Below, piece after piece: positions 59,531 through 64,000 of a stretch of 64,000 bases of DNA. Origin of the DNA: an uncultured Thermoplasmata archaeon (lineage in GTDB: Archaea; Thermoplasmatota; Thermoplasmata; Lutacidiplasmatales; UBA184); NCBI GenBank assembly GCA_963719635.1, contig CAVRCS010000004.1:459465-523464 (forward strand), written 5' to 3'. Numbering within the stretch: the stretch's first letter is position 1; every line of letters begins with the position of its first letter. The notes below the pieces were generated by a model. The model was not told where the DNA came from and did not search any database. It saw nothing but the letters and a program-made list of their open reading frames with translations. A program made the position numbers and the translations under genes.

Positions 59531-60397
59531 TCAGCCTGTCCTTCCCGCCTCCGCCGAGCGTGGGGGTCGCCACCGGGGAGGTCCCGCCGGGCCCGGCGAG
59601 GGGAGCGCGAGTTCCGCATCGGCGGGCAGCTCGTAGACCCGGAACCGGGCCACGGGGGAGAGCCCGATAGCCCCGAGCGGGTCGACCGCCCGGGCCGACT
59701 CGGCGAGGAGGAACGTCTGCCTCGCGGCCCCTGCGGGCTGGCGCCCGGCCGCGTACGCGACGAGCGCACTTGCGGCCCCGCGGCCGCGCGCTTCCGGAAA
59801 GGTCGTCGCGAGGTGGACCCCCGCGGTGGCCCGGTGCCGGTACACGACCGCAGCGGCGGCGCTCTCGCCGTCCACCCACGCGAGCAAGGGGGCCAGGCTC
59901 TCGTCCGGGTTCGGATGATGCCGAGACGGTGTCGAGCGCTGCGCGCAGTTCCGGCCGATCCCGCGGGCCGGTCCAGAACTCGACCACGCGGTCGAGCTCC
60001 TCGGTGCGCGCCGGGCGGACGTCCGCGCCCGGCGCCGGTACGGCGGCTCCGCCCGCGCTCCCGTCGTGCATCAGGAGCGTCAGCGGTTCGGCCCGAGCGA
60101 CGAACCCGAGCGCCCGCAGCCCCGCGTCGAGGTGGGGGGCGTCGGCTCGGGGAGCCGGAATGTCGGTCGGAGCGCCCGCTGGAAATAGTGGTCCAGCGCG
60201 CGCTCGAAGAAGGCGGCCTGGCGCTCCGCTCCGACCCCCTCGACCTGGACGAAGTTGAACCGCGGGGCGGGGATCCGCTCGTGCGTGACGAGCGTCGCCC
60301 CCGCGACCTCCAGCGCGAACCCCCCGAGCGTCAGTACGAACTGACGCTCGGCGTCCAGGGCCGCTTCGACCGCGGGGCGGGCGCTGGAGTCGTCCAC
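59531..60397 (-). CDS. GNAT family acetyltransferase, multiple frameshifts
   Basis: TFPEARGRGAASAL acetyl-CoA motif; coding segments in several frames; GGAGG SD before GTG. Confidence 0.6.
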
Positions 60398-60541
60398 GGG
60401 CCCTCCAGAGAAGAGGAGCTTACGAAGCCGCGCCCTAGCACCTGCGAGCGGCGCCGGCGCCGCCCGCGGAGAGCTTCCCCGGCGAATCGCTTATAGACGG
60501 CGGGTCTCCCCGCCCGCAGGGCAGCTGCCCCCGAGGCTTCG

Positions 60542-62448
60542 ATGGAATCCGTCCGCATCCAGCCGCCAGGTCCCGTCGCCGTCCTCGGCGGCGGCACGAT
60601 GGGCGCGGGGATCGCCCAAGCGTGCGCGGCCGCGGGCTACCGCGTGCGGGTCCGGGACGTCGACGCCGCCGCGCTGGACCGCGGCCGCGGGATCCTCGCG
60701 AAGTCGCTCGCGGGCGCCATCGAGCGTCGCAAGATGACCCCGACCGTGCGGGAGGAGCTCCTCGGGCGGGTCGAGTTCACCACCGAGGTCGGGGCCGCCG
60801 TCCGGGACGCCACGCTGGTCGTCGAGGCGGTCTTCGAGGAAGCGAGGGTGAAGGCGGCGCTGTTCGCCGAGGTCTCCCCGCTGGTCGCCCCGACGACGAT
60901 CGTCGCGACGAACACCTCGTCGCTCTCCGTCGAGGCGCTCGGGACGGGGTTCCCGCACCCGGAGCGGTTCGCCGGACTGCACTTCTTCTTCCCCGCGGCG
61001 ATCAACAAGCTGGTCGAGGTCGTGGCGACCCCGCAGACGTCCGCCGCGACCCGGGCGGAGCTGTTCCGCTTCTCCGGCCGCTTGGGTAAGCTCCCGATCG
61101 AGACGGCAGACGCGGCCGGCTTCTGCGTCAACCGGTTCTTCGTCCCGTACCTCAACGAGGCGTGCCGCCTCGTCGACGAGGGGGTCGCGAACTACGCGAC
61201 CGTCGAGGAGGTCGGCCGCGAGACGTTCGGCGCCACGCTCGGCCCGTTCGAGCTGATGAACGTCACCGGCGTCCCGATCGCGTTCCACGCCAACACGAGC
61301 CTGTTCCACGCCTTCGGACCCGCCTACGAGCCGTCCGCGCTGCTGGAGCGCCAGTTCAAGGCCGGCACCCCGTGGCCGTGGAAGGAGCAGGCGGTCGAGC
61401 CCGAACGCAAGGGCGCGGTGCGCGACCGACTGCTCGGCCAGGTGCTCGGGATCGCGAGCCGGATCGTCGAGGAGGGCGTCGCGACCGCCGAGGCGGTCGA
61501 CCGGGGAGCCGTCGTCGGGCTGCGGCGCCGACACGCCCCGTTCGCCCAGCTGTCGGCCGTCGGGCTCGCCGAGGGACTGCGGCTCGCCGAGGCGTACGGC
61601 GCCCGGTGGGGCGACGCCTTCCCCATCTCCGCCGAGCTTCGGAGCCGGGCGGCCCGGGGCGAGCGGCGGTGGCCGATGCGCTACGTCCGGACCGAGCGCG
61701 ACGGGCCGGTCGCCTGGGTCCTGCTGGACCGCCCCGAGGTGCTCAACGCCCTCAACTCGGAACTCCTCGCCCAGCTCGAGGCCGAGTTCGAGCGGCTCGC
61801 CGCGGCGAAGGACGTCCGCGCCGTCGTGCTCGCCGGCTCCGGCGCGGACTTCGCCGCCGGCGCCGACATCGCCGAGATGGCGGGCAAGACCGCCGAGGAG
61901 GGGGTCGCCTTCGGGTTCGTCGGGCAGAAGGTCGCCCGGACGATCGAGGCGTGCCCGTTGCCGGTGATCGCCTTCGTCGAAGGGTACGCCCTCGGCGGGG
62001 GACTCGAGGTCGCGCTTGCGGCCGACTTCATCGTCGCGGCCGAGGGGGCCCAGCTCGGACTCCCCGAGGTCACGGTCGGGATCCACCCCGGCATGGGCGG
62101 GGCGAGCCGCCTCGCCCGTCTCATCGGGCGGGCGAACACCAAGCTCCTCGTCTTCTCCGGAGTCCCCGTCAGCGCCGCCGAGGCGTTCCGGCTCGGGTTC
62201 GTCGCGAGGGTCGTGCCGGCCGACCGGGCCCGGGACGAGGTCGCCGAGCTCGCCCGGCTCATCGCCGCGCGGGCCCCCCTCGGGGTGCAGTGGGCGAAGC
62301 AGGTGATCGACCGGGGCGTCGAGGCGTCGTACGACGAGGCGCTCCGCCTGGAGGGCGACTCCGCGGGCCGGACGTTCTCGACGTCGGACCGGACCGAAGG
62401 GATGCGCGCGTTCCTGGAGCGCCGCCCCCCGAGTTCCGGGGCGCCTAG
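60542..62448 (+). CDS. 3-hydroxyacyl-CoA dehydrogenase/enoyl-CoA hydratase fusion; terminal frameshift near 62428
   Basis: GGGTMG, EAVFE, TNTSS, GLHFF then FAAGADI, GGGLE, PEV; natural end RRPPEFRGA in the shifted frame. Confidence 0.88.
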
Positions 62449-62454
62449 GGCCGC

Positions 62455-62847
62455 CTACGCGGGGTCGCCGATCTGCTGCCCGGTAGCCGGCGGCGTCGAG
62501 CTGGCCGGCGGCGAGCTCGCCGGCCAGCTCGATCCGGAACAGCCAGCCCTTGCCGTACGGCTCCTGGTTGACGAACTCCGGGTGCGCCTTCAGCTCGCCG
62601 TTCACCTCGACGACCGTGCCGGCCCCGGCGCGTAGATCTCCGAGACGGTCTTCACCGACTCGAGAGCGAGCACGCTTTTGCCGGCCTCGACGACCGACCC
62701 GACCGCCGGCAGGTCGACGAAGACGATGTCGGTCAGTTCCGCCTGCGCATGGTCGGTGATCCCGACGGTCGCCCGGCGGCCGTCGACGCGGACCCATTCG
62801 TGCGTGCTCGTGTAGCGCAACCCTTCCGGAACGTTCTCGCCGCTCAT
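62455..62847 (-). CDS. gcvH: Glycine cleavage system H protein; frameshifts near 62626 and 62478
   Basis: HEW, GITDHAQ, ESVK lipoyl-Lys, N.EPYGKGWL. Confidence 0.88.
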
Positions 62848-64000
62848 GCGGTCCCTCCCTTCCAGTCGTCCGCGTACGCCACCTGCGCCGGGGTCGGGGT
62901 GTCGAGGCCGACGCCGAACGGGGCGAGCGCCGCCCGCGCGACCGCGCGGTCGAGCTCCTCGGGGACGGCGTACAGCTTCGGCGCCAGCGAGGCACCGTGC
63001 CGGACGAGGTGCTCCGCGGAGAGCGCCTGGAGCGCGAACGACAGGTCCATGATCTCCACCGGGTGCCCCTGCGCCGCGGCGAGGTTGACGAGGCGGCCCT
63101 CCGCGAGGAGGTAGGCGCGGCGGCCGTCCGGGAACCGGTGCTCCTCGACGTTCGGCCGCACGGTCCGGTGCTGCGGCGCGAGCCGCAGGAGGTCCGGTTT
63201 GGAGATCTCGACGTCGAAGTGGCCGGCGTTGGCGAGCAGACAGCCGTCCTTCAGCACGGCGAGGTGCTCCGCACGCACGATGCCGGGCCTACCCGTGACC
63301 GTCAGAATCAGGTCGGCGCGGCGGGCGGCGTCGAGCATCGGCTGGACCGCGAAGCCGTCCATGCGTGCCTCCAGGCCCCGCACCGGGTCGACCTCGGTCA
63401 CGACGACCTCGGCGCCAAGCCCGTGGAGCCGGGCGGCGACCCCGCGGCCGCACCACCCGTACCCCGCCACGACCGCGACCTTGCCGGCGATGAGAGTGTT
63501 GGTGGCGTTCACGATCCCCTCGACAGCCGACTGCCCGGTGCCGTAGCGGTTGTCGAAGTAGTGCTTGAGCGCCGCGTCGTTGACGTCGATCGCCGGGAAG
63601 AGCAGCTTGCCGGCGTTCTCCAGCGCCCGCAGCCGGGTGACGCCGGCCGTCGTCTCCTCCGTCGAGCCGCGGAGCTTTCCGCGCGTCCCGCGGCGCTCGT
63701 GGACAAGGACAACCAGGTCGGCCCCGTCGTCGATGATGACGTCCGGTTCCGGTTCGAGCAGCGCGGCGACCCCCCCGTGGTATTCCGCCATCGATTCGCC
63801 GCGCACGGCGTGCGTCTCCACGCCGGCCGCGCGTACCGCGGCGACCGCGTAGTCGTCCGTCGTGAGCGGGTTGCTCGCCGACAGGCGCACCGTCGCCCGC
63901 CGGCCTGGAGCGCGAGGGCGAGCGCGCACGTCTTCGCCTCGACGTGGAGGACCGCCGCGACCGTAACGCCCGCGAACGGCCGTTCCCGCTCGAGCCGGGC
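62844..64000 (-). CDS. ahcY: Adenosylhomocysteinase, 5'-truncated by window edge; frameshift near 63900
   Basis: [45 protein letters not shown]. Confidence 0.93.
   Translation of the reverse strand, partial: PARAGTAVRGRYGRGGPPRRGEDVRARPRAPGRRATVRLSASNPLTTDDYAVAAVRAAGVETHAVRGESMAEYHGGVAALLEPEPDVIIDDGADLVVLVHERRGTRGKLRGSTEETTAGVTRLRALENAGKLLFPAIDVNDAALKHYFDNRYGTGQSAVEGIVNATNTLIAGKVAVVAGYGWCGRGVAARLHGLGAEVVVTEVDPVRGLEARMDGFAVQPMLDAARRADLILTVTGRPGIVRAEHLAVLKDGCLLANAGHFDVEISKPDLLRLAPQHRTVRPNVEEHRFPDGRRAYLLAEGRLVNLAAAQGHPVEIMDLSFALQALSAEHLVRHGASLAPKLYAVPEELDRAVARAALAPFGVGLDTPTPAQVAYADDWKGGTA

Noticed and set aside
60542-62448. 3HP/4HB carbon fixation inferred from the HADH/ECH fusion
   Set aside because: This domain order is common in archaeal beta-oxidation and no cycle marker genes are present
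631-62995. Long Arg/Pro/Gly-rich alternative-frame ORFs (e.g. 631-2373, 23035-25212, 38869-41079, 55448-57952)
   Set aside because: Shadow ORFs expected at high GC, overlapping well-supported genes
7922-64000. Programmed frameshifting or mass pseudogenisation
   Set aside because: No shared slippery motif; indels hit core genes, often at homopolymers, without nonsense mutations, so sequencing error is more likely
1-64000. CRISPR arrays, IS elements, proviruses, rRNA
   Set aside because: No repeat-spacer periodicity, transposase/integrase motifs or rRNA signatures seen

Overview
GC-rich (roughly 70%) archaeal chromosome segment, most consistent with a Thermoplasmata lineage outside Thermoplasmatales. 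It carries TATA-box promoters, L41e, Topo VI A/B, FEN1, PriS, RIO1/KH, ApgM and archaeal type IV pilins. Most of it is housekeeping: coaBC, sucCD, an 11-subunit complex I-like operon (nuoABCDHIJKLMN, no nuoEFG) running into a GGR-family reductase and a long-chain prenyl synthase, ppsA, ftcD, gcvH and ahcY. About a dozen single-base frameshifts in core genes, several in homopolymers, look like long-read assembly errors. The most notable signals are: a tRNA-His(GUG) with a perfect BHB intron in the T-loop (59/60); an RHH regulator plus an N-domain-only FtsZ homologue behind repeated GTCGAAC boxes; a NuoI with four [4Fe-4S] motifs; a near-identical tandem pilin pair with different leader peptides; an orphan PstS-like protein coupled to a membrane polyferredoxin; probable ACG start codons; and several unannotated microproteins. 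No CRISPR array, transposase or integrase was seen.
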